A stretch of 64,000 bases of DNA from positions 64,001-128,000 of IMG/VR virus record IMGVR_UViG_3300017766_003354. One strand, written 5' to 3'. The notes beneath the pieces are model-generated. The model worked only from the letters and a program-made list of their open reading frames with translations. It made no database searches and was not told the DNA's origin. Of this stretch, positions 55,618-64,000 are shown piece by piece. This stretch comes from a virus. How positions within the stretch are numbered: position 1 is the first letter of the stretch; the number at the start of each line of letters is the position of its first letter. A program made the position numbers and the translations under genes.

Positions 55618-56496
55618 TTAAGTCAAAAAATCCTCTGGCTTCAAAACTCCCCCGCGAGACTTCATCTTTTCCTTTAGATCGTCCACGCCTTGGGAGGTTT
55701 TGCCAGTTTTCCCGTCTTTTTCATCATATTCAAGGATTTTTACGGGGTCTTTGGCGATGTTGTCTGGAATCGAAACGTTCTTGAATTTATTAAGAAGGGA
55801 ATTAGCATAGACCAACAGGTTCTTCTGGAAGACGGTTAAGCCTAGTCCTGCGTTCTTAAAAAGGACTTCTGGCTGCCTATAACTCAAAACAAAAAGCTCA
55901 AAGAAGGCCGTATTATAGGCAACATTAAGAATAAAGTTTTTGTCATTAAACTCTCCTATCTTCGAGAAACAAGCAATCGAATGTTCAAAAAATAAATCCT
56001 CATCAACTGGCTCCGAAAAACCTCTATCCTTAAAACATGTGGATTCAACAAGATATTTAATTCGACGGCTTTCGGAAAGATTTTCGGCGCTATAAGAGGT
56101 TATCTTTTTACGTTGTTCTTGAATGTCTTTGATGGCGTTTCTTTTAGCATCAATAGAAGCAAGAGCAGACTTCTTCATGTGCGCGTCCGACATCTTCTTT
56201 TCGGCCAAAATCATTTTATCAATTGTCCATTCGAGAGACTTGATCTCTTCTTCTTTCTGAATAGACCAAGATTTACGTTTGATGGCTTGTTCAATTAGCT
56301 CTTTTTCGCTTTTAATGCCTGATCGTTGGGCGTGGGCCAAAGCCTTATCATACTCTTCATCCATCTGAAGAGCGTCCAAAAGAGTAAAATGCCTAAAATA
56401 AAAATCGCGACCACTAGCGTTCAACACACTGTAGCCGCGATTAATATCAAGAAGTGCGGAGTTAGCTCTCTTTAGCAGTTTCTCCTGATCCTTCAT
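55618..56496 (-). CDS. pre-tape-measure protein (tail assembly chaperone-like)
   Basis: Position directly before the tape measure; helical and charged. Confidence 0.5.
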   Translation of the reverse strand: MKDQEKLLKRANSALLDINRGYSVLNASGRDFYFRHFTLLDALQMDEEYDKALAHAQRSGIKSEKELIEQAIKRKSWSIQKEEEIKSLEWTIDKMILAEKKMSDAHMKKSALASIDAKRNAIKDIQEQRKKITSYSAENLSESRRIKYLVESTCFKDRGFSEPVDEDLFFEHSIACFSKIGEFNDKNFILNVAYNTAFFELFVLSYRQPEVLFKNAGLGLTVFQKNLLVYANSLLNKFKNVSIPDNIAKDPVKILEYDEKDGKTGKTSQGVDDLKEKMKSRGGVLKPEDFLT

Positions 56497-57364
56497 TTGC
56501 TACTTCTTGGGAGTCTTCTACTGTCTCGGGTTCGTCTTTTGTTTGCTTTTTGTTTACAGTCGTTTGCTTTTCTTCAACAATTTCTTCCTCGCCGAACATT
56601 TCCTTGAGAGAGGCATCAATAGTTTCTTGCTTTTCAGCAATCTTATTATACCAAATGCTGGCGACTCGAACCAAAGTAGTAAACGCCGAATCAAACAAAG
56701 CCTTAGTCTTCAAAAGAGACGGATCTTCAATATCCTCAATAGATTCGCAGAGCGCCAAATAAACGCTTCTTTTTTCATCAAAAGTGTCGCCTGCAAAAAT
56801 AGGAAAGAGTTGTTTCTTTTCGCCAACTTCTTCTTCGTAAAAGGATTGATTAAAGACCAACCACTCAATTAACTTTTGCTCGGCCTTGGAATCAGCCGTT
56901 TGTGAGAACTGAGAGCGCATGATTTGCTCGTATTCCACGACTTGGCTCTTGGTATCCGCGAAAGTAAGTCGGGCTTCTTCTAGGGCGTTTTTCTGTTCTT
57001 CCGTCAAATCGGTTGCCTCGCCATAGAATTCGATTCTACGAGCAGCCTCGATATTGTCCACAATTGCTTTTTGCAGCCCTTCCAGAGACATCTTCGAAGA
57101 TAAACCACCCAAGTCGCCCATCTTTTTAGAGAGCATCGCTTTTGTCAAGAATCCCGCATTAATATATTCGTTGAACTTTTGACCATAGAAGAATTCCGCC
57201 TCTTCGATAACGGCCATTGATGGCTTTGCGAAACACACGCGAGTTTTTACGGTATCAACAATTGTTTTGGTTGATTCGATAGAAGAGCCGTCTTTGCCCT
57301 TCTTGAGAACGGGGACCTGTTTTTCGACTTTCTTTGAAACTGAGAAGCTGTAGATTTCTTTCAT
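56462..57364 (-). CDS. putative tail assembly chaperone
   Basis: Position between tail tube and tape measure; helical with an acidic tail; preceded by TTGAAT-N16-GATAAT. Confidence 0.5.
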   Translation of the reverse strand: MKEIYSFSVSKKVEKQVPVLKKGKDGSSIESTKTIVDTVKTRVCFAKPSMAVIEEAEFFYGQKFNEYINAGFLTKAMLSKKMGDLGGLSSKMSLEGLQKAIVDNIEAARRIEFYGEATDLTEEQKNALEEARLTFADTKSQVVEYEQIMRSQFSQTADSKAEQKLIEWLVFNQSFYEEEVGEKKQLFPIFAGDTFDEKRSVYLALCESIEDIEDPSLLKTKALFDSAFTTLVRVASIWYNKIAEKQETIDASLKEMFGEEEIVEEKQTTVNKKQTKDEPETVEDSQEVANEGSGETAKES

Positions 57365-57404
57365 ATATCCGAGTAATTATCTGTTGAAATTTTTTAAATT
57401 CAAG

Positions 57405-57872
57405 TTATTCGTTAGGAATCAAGTAAAATCCATCAAAAGAGACAAGATATTCGAGATTTGAATCTTGAAGTCCGCTGGCAGTGTTAATAGTTGGAGGCTC
57501 TACATACTGAGATTTAATCCTCATTCCCATAGTAGAACTTCCGTATTTCTCAAATTCTATGCAATTAATTGGGCATATTATTTCAATATGGTTGGACATC
57601 AAAACTCCATCATAAAAATAACTAGCTCTCTCAAAATCAAAAGAATGAACTTGAACATTAAAAAGCTCGCCGCTTCTATAACCTCCAAAAAAGTTTCCAC
57701 TTTGGTCGAAAAGGTAGCCCCCAGATCCTCTAAAAGATAGGCCAGTAGTAAAATCCCCTGCACCAGTTCCGCTACCGAAGGCGAACGAAAAACCAGAAGC
57801 AGGTTCATTCACCCGAAATTCCAGATCGGCCACGAAGTTAGAATTAACGTGTGTTCCTGTATAGAATTTCAT
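57405..57872 (-). CDS. virion structural protein
   Basis: 155 aa, beta-rich; coupled to the upstream gene. Confidence 0.55.
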   Translation of the reverse strand: MKFYTGTHVNSNFVADLEFRVNEPASGFSFAFGSGTGAGDFTTGLSFRGSGGYLFDQSGNFFGGYRSGELFNVQVHSFDFERASYFYDGVLMSNHIEIICPINCIEFEKYGSSTMGMRIKSQYVEPPTINTASGLQDSNLEYLVSFDGFYLIPNE

Positions 57873-58702
57873 AGGCGGTCAAAAATAGAAAATTTATAAG
57901 AAAAATCAACTTTAGCATTACCCTCTAGATCCAACGATTCTGAGATACCGACTAAAGAAGAATTTTCAACTGAAAATATTTTAGCGTCTGAGCTATCGCA
58001 ATTAGAAAGAAAAATTTCAGTTATTCCTTTAGATAGCACGGGGACTTCAGACATTCCAGTGAGAACAGTTTTAAGAACTGAAAAATTCAAATCTCCGACA
58101 ATTGGAAACTCTGGATACCTAAACTTGGGAATCTTTTTGCCTAAAACTGCGGTAGATTTGCGACTTATAGGAAGAGTTAGTGTGAAGGACTGAATTGAAA
58201 AGTCTGTTTGATTCGTGATTCCTTCTCCGTAGTTGGCTATTTGGATTTTACTTGGGATAAATGGGGCAACCGAATCGCTGGTCTGAGAAGAATAAGTAAG
58301 TGCTCCAGTAGAACTCCATCTTTGTGAATTCGCTTCATAAGAAACAGATCCATTCACTAATTCTCCCACACCCGCCGAAATCTCATAAGAAGTAAGATAA
58401 GCTCCACTAATGGTTTCTGTCCCAAGCAAATCTTTCGCTTCGATATTAAATTTCTCAATAGAAACGACGCTGCCAGTCTTTATGTCAAAAAAGGGATCAG
58501 TCGTGCCGATTCCCATGGTCCAATTAATTGTGGCTTCGATTTTTGGCGCGTCTTTTGTGATACGATCATTCACATACAAAGTCCCCAGCCTAATAATATC
58601 ATCCGCTTGTGGATCTTTTGAAAAATCAAATTGGGATGCGCCAGTTAGACGTATCCCGTTGATTGAGATCTGAGTGTCGCTTGAATGAATACGAGGAATC
58701 AC
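57869..58702 (-). CDS. minor tail tube-like protein (paralog of the major tail protein)
   Basis: Shares YEISAGVGELV / YTANFAVGEIP and IQSFTLTLPISR..LG / IQSASVEVPLSR..LG with 58852..59964; GTG start 7 nt after GTGTAAA. Confidence 0.7.
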   Translation of the reverse strand: MIPRIHSSDTQISINGIRLTGASQFDFSKDPQADDIIRLGTLYVNDRITKDAPKIEATINWTMGIGTTDPFFDIKTGSVVSIEKFNIEAKDLLGTETISGAYLTSYEISAGVGELVNGSVSYEANSQRWSSTGALTYSSQTSDSVAPFIPSKIQIANYGEGITNQTDFSIQSFTLTLPISRKSTAVLGKKIPKFRYPEFPIVGDLNFSVLKTVLTGMSEVPVLSKGITEIFLSNCDSSDAKIFSVENSSLVGISESLDLEGNAKVDFSYKFSIFDRL

Positions 58703-58745
58703 AACAAGGTTTACACCTTTTACCCTCGATTGATTCGCCCCTTCC

Positions 58746-58779
58746 GAAGAAAGAGGCGGGGTGGGTTTCCTCGCCTCTT
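58746..58779 (-). terminator. intrinsic terminator after the major tail gene
   Basis: Minus strand AAGAGGCGAGG-loop-CCCCGCCTCTT followed by TCTTC. Confidence 0.7.
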
Positions 58780-58851
58780 AGATCAGGATTGGCTCACCAT
58801 TAAAGAGAATCGAATCTCCGTTGTATAGCAAGCCCTCTTCTTCTTCAGGGG

Positions 58852-59964
58852 TTAGGAGAAAGAACCTGTTGACGAACCAGACATAAAGAGGCCCGCGCTT
58901 GTGGTGTTCGCACCAGCGATCTGAGCAGAGAATGTAAGGTCAACAGTTTCATTATCATCCAAGCCGATGCTGAAGTTTTGACTGTCAAGAACAGCGTTCT
59001 TTAGAAGATAATGAACTTTATTAGCAGTTCCACCGCAACGGTCAGTTACCTGAATTGCGATATCGACACCCGCGCTGGCTGTGCAACCAGTCAGAACGGT
59101 TTGAAGTGTTCCTTCTTTGAAGTCGTCAACAATACCGTTGATAGAGCAGGTAACGTTAATTGGGAACTCAAGAGGCTTCGCGTATGGAAGCTCAGAACCG
59201 AGTCTTTCGATAGCTTGACGAGAGAGCGGAACTTCGACGCTTGCGCTTTGAATGTGGATACCAGAAAAGTTCGCTCCGCCCATGTCGATATTAGAACTAA
59301 AGCTAACGGCAACGTCACCAGCTTTGAGAACATCAACAGAGCTATCTCCAGTGCTAGGCTGAGGAAGAGTGAATGTCCCTGCAAGAGATTCGGCGGTCTG
59401 ACGATTTACAGCGGGGTTTTTACCAGTAGAACCAGTATAGAAAATGATGTTGCCGCATTCAAGTTCAACGTCGGCGCGAGGAATTTCTCCAACAGCAAAG
59501 TTGGCGGTATAGTTCGAAAGAGTCGCATTACCGAATCCGATGGTGGAGTGATTGGCGCGTTGGCTTGCGAAGTTAGCATCGAATGCATCAATACCTTCGG
59601 CAGTCGTTACAACATAGATATTCTTTTCTTTCTTATTTACGTCTTCAGACAGAACACCAGAAATGAACTGACTCACACCTCCGAAAGGAGTCGAAGCGAT
59701 ACCCTTAATATTAAACCCAAGATGTCCTTCATTTTCGCCGTCTGTCAGGTAATAACCAAAAGAAAGAGTAGGAGTAAGCTCGGACGCACGCACGGTAGCA
59801 ATACGAGCAAGCTGACCAAATTCACGAACGTCTTGTCGAGCGCCAGCGAGGTCGATATCGAAAGAAAGGGTGTCGATTCTGTGAAGTTGTGCGGGAGTAG
59901 TTACACTGCCTGTAGGAGAAGCATAAACGGCTTTGGACTGGGAAATGATGCGGGTTCTAGGCAT
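58852..59964 (-). CDS. major tail tube protein
   Basis: 370 aa, beta-rich; located between neck genes and chaperones; has its own GTGTAAA motif and terminator. Confidence 0.75.
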   Translation of the reverse strand: MPRTRIISQSKAVYASPTGSVTTPAQLHRIDTLSFDIDLAGARQDVREFGQLARIATVRASELTPTLSFGYYLTDGENEGHLGFNIKGIASTPFGGVSQFISGVLSEDVNKKEKNIYVVTTAEGIDAFDANFASQRANHSTIGFGNATLSNYTANFAVGEIPRADVELECGNIIFYTGSTGKNPAVNRQTAESLAGTFTLPQPSTGDSSVDVLKAGDVAVSFSSNIDMGGANFSGIHIQSASVEVPLSRQAIERLGSELPYAKPLEFPINVTCSINGIVDDFKEGTLQTVLTGCTASAGVDIAIQVTDRCGGTANKVHYLLKNAVLDSQNFSIGLDDNETVDLTFSAQIAGANTTSAGLFMSGSSTGSFS

Positions 59965-59996
59965 AAGTTTAAGTTATTTTCTGTCTTTACACAATT

Positions 59997-60869
59997 TTAA
60001 AGTCTTGGGAAGCGGTGGGTGGACAAATCAAAGTCTAGAAACCCAATTGAAAAGTTTTTACCCAAGTTTTTGCGCATATCTGGATTTACGATTTTAGAGT
60101 CGATGACTTTTTCGATATATGATTTATTGCTATGTTCTTGTGGCTGGGAGGCTTTTAAGACCGCGTAATTATACGGGAAGCTCTTTATAGAATTAAACTT
60201 CCCATAAGGGAAATCCTCATAAGGGATATGAGTAACGCATTTTCTGGCCGAGTCTCTGAAATAAGAAAGAACAGCATCCAGAAGATAATTATCCTTCGTC
60301 AAGACGGCCACTCTTATTCTTGTTTTCGTATCTTCTTCGCCGCCAAAGCAAAATTCTTTATTTTCTCCATTGGCTAAAGAAATGAAACAAGCAGGCAAAA
60401 AGTAAGTCTTTTCGTCAAGTTTGTCGTCTTTGCCATACCAATAAGGTTTGGCCTGTCCTACTTCACGAAAGTCGCCGTGGACAATTAACTGTTCATCGTC
60501 ATCGTTCGAAATGTAGGTATTAATTTCTTTAACGGTGGAATTTGCTGTGATGGTCAAGCTCGCGCCAGAAGCTTTAGGCAAAATGATTCGTCCATTTGTA
60601 TAGTCCACAAACACTCCAGACGCGGAACCAGTCACAAATGACCCCCCTACAAAAATACCAGAATTCGGAACATCAACGCTTTGCTCTGCAACTAATTGCC
60701 TATACGCCCCTTGATAAGCATAATAATTAGAAGGAATATCGGGCGCGGAGACTCTTTTGAACTCGTTAGATAAGCCAGTAATATAAGCTTTTGAGCGAGA
60801 ACTCAATAACTCATTCTCAAACCAAAGATAAAAGCTCGAAAGTAAAATATGATCAAACTGCGATTTCAT
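59997..60869 (-). CDS. tail completion/terminator-like protein
   Basis: Position immediately before the tail tube gene; LPACFI...FGGE pattern. Confidence 0.5.
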   Translation of the reverse strand: MKSQFDHILLSSFYLWFENELLSSRSKAYITGLSNEFKRVSAPDIPSNYYAYQGAYRQLVAEQSVDVPNSGIFVGGSFVTGSASGVFVDYTNGRIILPKASGASLTITANSTVKEINTYISNDDDEQLIVHGDFREVGQAKPYWYGKDDKLDEKTYFLPACFISLANGENKEFCFGGEEDTKTRIRVAVLTKDNYLLDAVLSYFRDSARKCVTHIPYEDFPYGKFNSIKSFPYNYAVLKASQPQEHSNKSYIEKVIDSKIVNPDMRKNLGKNFSIGFLDFDLSTHRFPRL

Positions 60870-61495
60870 CTACGAATCCTTTCTCTAAAGTCGTTTAGCA
60901 TTTGTGAAATATATGAAACGTTTTGGAATTTGCTGCTGACGATTTTGGCTTTAGATTGGATACCTGTTGTAGAACGCAAATTTGAGCCTTTAAATCCCTC
61001 TTCGGAATACATATATTGACCCAAACCAGAAACGCCCTTTTCCACGCCGTCAACCCAGCTTCTGCCAGCAAGCCAGTCAAAATGAGTTACATTGAAAATT
61101 TCTTCTTTGGATGGGGCATTCTGCAAGTAAATTTCAAATCTCCCTTGAACACCCTTACGAACGGCTGAAACATCGATTTGTCTTTGGAGGATATCATAGA
61201 TTGGACCCGTAGGATCGCTGCTATATTCAAACCCAAAAAATGAAAACAAATTACCATATCCCCCCAAAAGCCCAGAACTATTCGAAGCCAGCGGCCCCGA
61301 ATTAATTTCTTTAGTGACTGGATGTTGAGTGAAGTCTTTGATTAGTTGTTTCTGCGCTCTAATTATTTTCGGAGTGACGAATTCAGTAACCCTTTGTGTC
61401 ATGCTCGGGCGTTTACTCAATACAATTTCCTTCATAAGTTGCCTGCTGTTCACAGACACCTTAACAGGCTTGACTTTCAAAAACTTAGTTTTCAC
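60866..61495 (-). CDS. neck/tail completion protein; start uncertain
   Basis: Synteny; basic protein; GTG at 61495 chosen to minimise overlap. Confidence 0.5.
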   Translation of the reverse strand: MKTKFLKVKPVKVSVNSRQLMKEIVLSKRPSMTQRVTEFVTPKIIRAQKQLIKDFTQHPVTKEINSGPLASNSSGLLGGYGNLFSFFGFEYSSDPTGPIYDILQRQIDVSAVRKGVQGRFEIYLQNAPSKEEIFNVTHFDWLAGRSWVDGVEKGVSGLGQYMYSEEGFKGSNLRSTTGIQSKAKIVSSKFQNVSYISQMLNDFRERIRR

Positions 61496-61928
61496 GGCGT
61501 AAAAAGATTGAGTAATACTGAGTGCCGAACGGACCAACTACTTTGGCGTCCCCATCTACAGAATAAAGGACATCATCGACTTCAATTTTGGCCGCAGTCA
61601 ATAGAGATTCATAAGTAGCGTCATCCACCTTCAATCGGATTGTTCCTTGAGAAAATGGAATATTGGCTTGTGATCTAAATTGATCGCCTTCTTGTTTGGG
61701 ATTTTCGGGATAGTAAACGCGAGCTTGTCCAGTTGTTTTAACTAAAGTGGTGTTATATGGACTTTCAGAGCCGTCCAAATCTCGGCCATATAGAGAATTA
61801 TAATCAGAGTCTTCGGCGTCTTCTTTTTGCTCGGTGTAAATGTAAATATCTCTCGCGAAAGTATCGTGCAATCGCGAAAAGGCTTCATTTACGGTGGCTT
61901 TTTGGGCCGCTGATAGAAGAGAAGACAT
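61485..61928 (-). CDS. head closure/stopper-like protein
   Basis: Synteny; size; KIEVDDVLYSV...YYSIFLRR. Confidence 0.55.
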   Translation of the reverse strand: MSSLLSAAQKATVNEAFSRLHDTFARDIYIYTEQKEDAEDSDYNSLYGRDLDGSESPYNTTLVKTTGQARVYYPENPKQEGDQFRSQANIPFSQGTIRLKVDDATYESLLTAAKIEVDDVLYSVDGDAKVVGPFGTQYYSIFLRREN

Positions 61929-62422
61929 TAAGAAGGAACTTCAGTATAATAATAATTGCCGTCGTCGCCAGCGACTTGAACAGGAGAAGCTTTGTTCATA
62001 TTGTATTGATAGACCAACTGATCCAATTCTTCCTTTTCAGAATTAGCTAGGTCACTAAGGCTTTTGGAAATTGAATTTTTACTGACCCTTTGGATCGAGG
62101 AATCTCCCTCTTTAATAGAAGTCCAGTCGTCCACAGCGGAAGAACTGTCGCTCCAAACAACTCCTTTAAGAACTTCTCGGGCGGCTTTTTTATAATAGTG
62201 AATTGTATAAAGCTTCGAAAAGATAGATTCTTCGGATGGACTCAGACCTGTAGGAGCAATATTCCCATCGTCAGCAATATAAAAACACTCATGGGTGATA
62301 GAATTCAATTCTCCTAAATTCGTTTCGAGCCAGCCCGAAACATAGGAAATAGGAAAACGAGCAACGTCTTCCTTGAAGTTATATTTTACTATGGAATAAG
62401 CTAAATTACCGAAATCGTTCAT
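61928..62422 (-). CDS. head-tail adaptor-like protein
   Basis: Synteny; SIKEGDSSIQR hairpin typical of adaptors. Confidence 0.55.
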   Translation of the reverse strand: MNDFGNLAYSIVKYNFKEDVARFPISYVSGWLETNLGELNSITHECFYIADDGNIAPTGLSPSEESIFSKLYTIHYYKKAAREVLKGVVWSDSSSAVDDWTSIKEGDSSIQRVSKNSISKSLSDLANSEKEELDQLVYQYNMNKASPVQVAGDDGNYYYTEVPS

Positions 62423-62476
62423 AAGAAAAGAAGTTTCTTCTTCTCTTAACTACACCTTTTTCGACAAAACCAGAAC

Positions 62477-62908
62477 TTAACTCTGGAAGAGCTTCTTCGC
62501 AGCTTCGTAATTAGGAGAAGACTCGTCAATTACTGGACGATGAGCGGAGGCAATACCATAATCATGCTTCTTGACAAACGTATCAAAAGAGTTCTTTAAA
62601 AGCCTCTTTAATTCATGGCCATTACGAGAAGGAGGAACGCCGACTCTCATCGCTAGATTTTGCAAGTCCGTAGTCGTCATTTCACCGATTCGCTCTGCGA
62701 AAATTTGGCGGTTCATGGTTCCATAAGGATTGGCCTCTTTGATGCCAAACAAAGCTTCGAGGGCCTTCAACTCTTTAATTGTTTTGGAGTCGCGGTCTTT
62801 GCCGTCTGCAAATTCGAATTCTTCCAGAGTAGAGGTATCGAGTTCTTTTGAGGCGTCGGATTCTTTAAGTTCTTTTTCTTTGGCGAGATATAAAGCGGGG
62901 TCAATCAT
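62477..62908 (-). CDS. hypothetical protein
   Basis: 143 aa after the capsid terminator; preceded by TTGATT-N16-GATAAT. Confidence 0.6.
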   Translation of the reverse strand: MIDPALYLAKEKELKESDASKELDTSTLEEFEFADGKDRDSKTIKELKALEALFGIKEANPYGTMNRQIFAERIGEMTTTDLQNLAMRVGVPPSRNGHELKRLLKNSFDTFVKKHDYGIASAHRPVIDESSPNYEAAKKLFQS

Positions 62909-62942
62909 AATTAATTATCTGATCTTTTTAGAAAAAATCAAC

Positions 62943-62974
62943 AAAAAGGGGCCGACCCCTTTCGGAGCGGCCCC
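62943..62974 (-). terminator. intrinsic terminator after the major capsid gene
   Basis: Minus strand GGGGCCG...CGGCCCC followed by TTTTT. Confidence 0.85.
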
Positions 62975-62992
62975 AATTCGAGGGGTTAGAGA

Positions 62993-64000
62993 TTACACAA
63001 ACAAGCCGACCAGAGCGCGGTCATCGATGATCATGCGGCCTTCGTCAAGCTTGCCGTAGTATCCAATCTTACTTTGGCGACCAACGAATTGGTCATCCAC
63101 CATGAGGCTGAATTCTGAGGGGCTATCTTCGCCTTGCATAACAGGGCGGATAAGGGCATCGCGTGAGCGATCAACACCGATCAAAATTTCGTCGTCAGCA
63201 ACAGCCCAACCAGAGAGCGACACGCTGTTTGCAGCGCGAACGGCTTCGAAAATAAGGTTGAAACGTTGGCCGATACCGAGTTCGAGCACTTCCACAATAT
63301 TGATGCCGTAGAAGGCTGGAAGGCCAGCGGCATTGTAGAGGGACATGCGGAGAGCTTCTGGTGCCGCAATCGAATCTTTCGTAGCGGAACCGTAAGGAGC
63401 CTCTGCGGTGTTGATTGGATTGTAGGCCATAGCGCGAAGCTCTTGAACCATTTCGGGGGACACCATCAGGTCAGTAATACCAACTTTCGAGCCACCAACA
63501 GGAGTGCCGTTGGAGAACGAAGCGTTGATACGCTTACTGAGAGTGATTAGGCGGTTAAAGTCATGAAGAACGAAACGTCCAGCGGTAGTCGCGGGGATGA
63601 TGTGGTTGCCCTTTGCTTTAGATCCACCAGCGGCAGAAATAGTTTGGGCGTTCACAAGAGCCGAAGCGATAACGTTGAAGGAAGTCTTCTCTTGCTTCAT
63701 CAGGATTTCCTGAGCCATACGAGTGAAGGTCTTGCCAACCACATCGAGACGAGAACGGCGAGCATACTTCTTGTCGAAGGCAAGCGCGGAGTCAAGGTTG
63801 TAGGTTGTGAACTTCAGTTCGTTGTGAGCAGGGAAGACTTGGCTATAAGGAAGACCACCAGCGACTTGCTGAGAGTAAACCGTAATAAAGTCTTCATCCG
63901 TGATGTCATGGAACAAGTCCAAAGGAAGGGAAGGATTGTCATCCTCATTGAATGTCATCGATGAGAAGATGTTGCTAACGGTTGGGGCGTTATTAACAAC
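62993..64000 (-). CDS. major capsid protein (5' end outside the window)
   Basis: Frame stays open to the window edge; sits upstream of the neck genes and ends at a strong terminator; HK97-like layout (RMAQEILMKQE, LMVSPE, FYGINI, YYG..EG..IID). Confidence 0.8.
   Translation of the reverse strand, partial: VVNNAPTVSNIFSSMTFNEDDNPSLPLDLFHDITDEDFITVYSQQVAGGLPYSQVFPAHNELKFTTYNLDSALAFDKKYARRSRLDVVGKTFTRMAQEILMKQEKTSFNVIASALVNAQTISAAGGSKAKGNHIIPATTAGRFVLHDFNRLITLSKRINASFSNGTPVGGSKVGITDLMVSPEMVQELRAMAYNPINTAEAPYGSATKDSIAAPEALRMSLYNAAGLPAFYGINIVEVLELGIGQRFNLIFEAVRAANSVSLSGWAVADDEILIGVDRSRDALIRPVMQGEDSPSEFSLMVDDQFVGRQSKIGYYGKLDEGRMIIDDRALVGLFV

Noticed and set aside
56462-56560. Lambda G/GT-type -1 frameshift between the two pre-tape-measure genes
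   Set aside because: The downstream ORF is in the +1 frame with its own ATG and a TAG just before it. A -1 slip at C AAA AAG reaches TGA within about 20 codons.
59011-60000. 329-aa antisense ORF over the tail tube gene, and similar shadow ORFs (8260..8742, 49664..50113, 53498..54121, 63563..63964)
   Set aside because: They lie opposite well-supported genes, have atypical composition, and are explained by codon bias of the sense gene.
1-64000. Genome-wide TAG reassignment (alternative genetic code)
   Set aside because: Coding density is high under code 11, very long ORFs have no internal TAG, and TAG ends genes at sensible junctions (17143, 26679, 38215, 41806). Only the lysin is interrupted.

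Overview
This window is a 64-kb segment of a large, AT-rich tailed-phage (Caudoviricetes) genome that uses the standard genetic code. A 2051-aa tape measure and the absence of a recognisable sheath gene suggest a siphovirus-like tail. Left to right it contains: (1) 1-7.8 kb, tail-fibre/adsorption genes (SGNH esterase, Gly-repeat fibres), an M15 endolysin interrupted by one in-frame TAG, and a holin-like gene; (2) 8-22 kb, a minus-strand replication block with a Clp ATPase, a DNA polymerase III alpha spread over three coupled genes (PHP, DEDDh exonuclease, catalytic core), a HIRAN-nuclease, primase, DnaB, two paralogous endonucleases and RecA; (3) 22-26.7 kb, a sugar-modification operon (Gmd, methyltransferase, four glycosyltransferases); (4) class II RNR, a structured non-coding region at the strand switch, dUTPase, dNMP kinase, a sigma factor, further glycosyltransferases, SSB, HNH and an annealing-protein candidate; (5) 41.8-64 kb, tail, neck and major capsid genes. 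The strongest unexplained signals are a promoter-driven ~330-nt multi-hairpin element with a repeated loop motif (candidate ncRNA or origin), a two-class and largely leaderless promoter system (sigma70-type and a GTGTAA motif), a start-less -1-frame extension of the major tail protein, the amber codon in the endolysin, and a large glycosylation gene set. All calls come from reading motifs by eye; no database searches were run.
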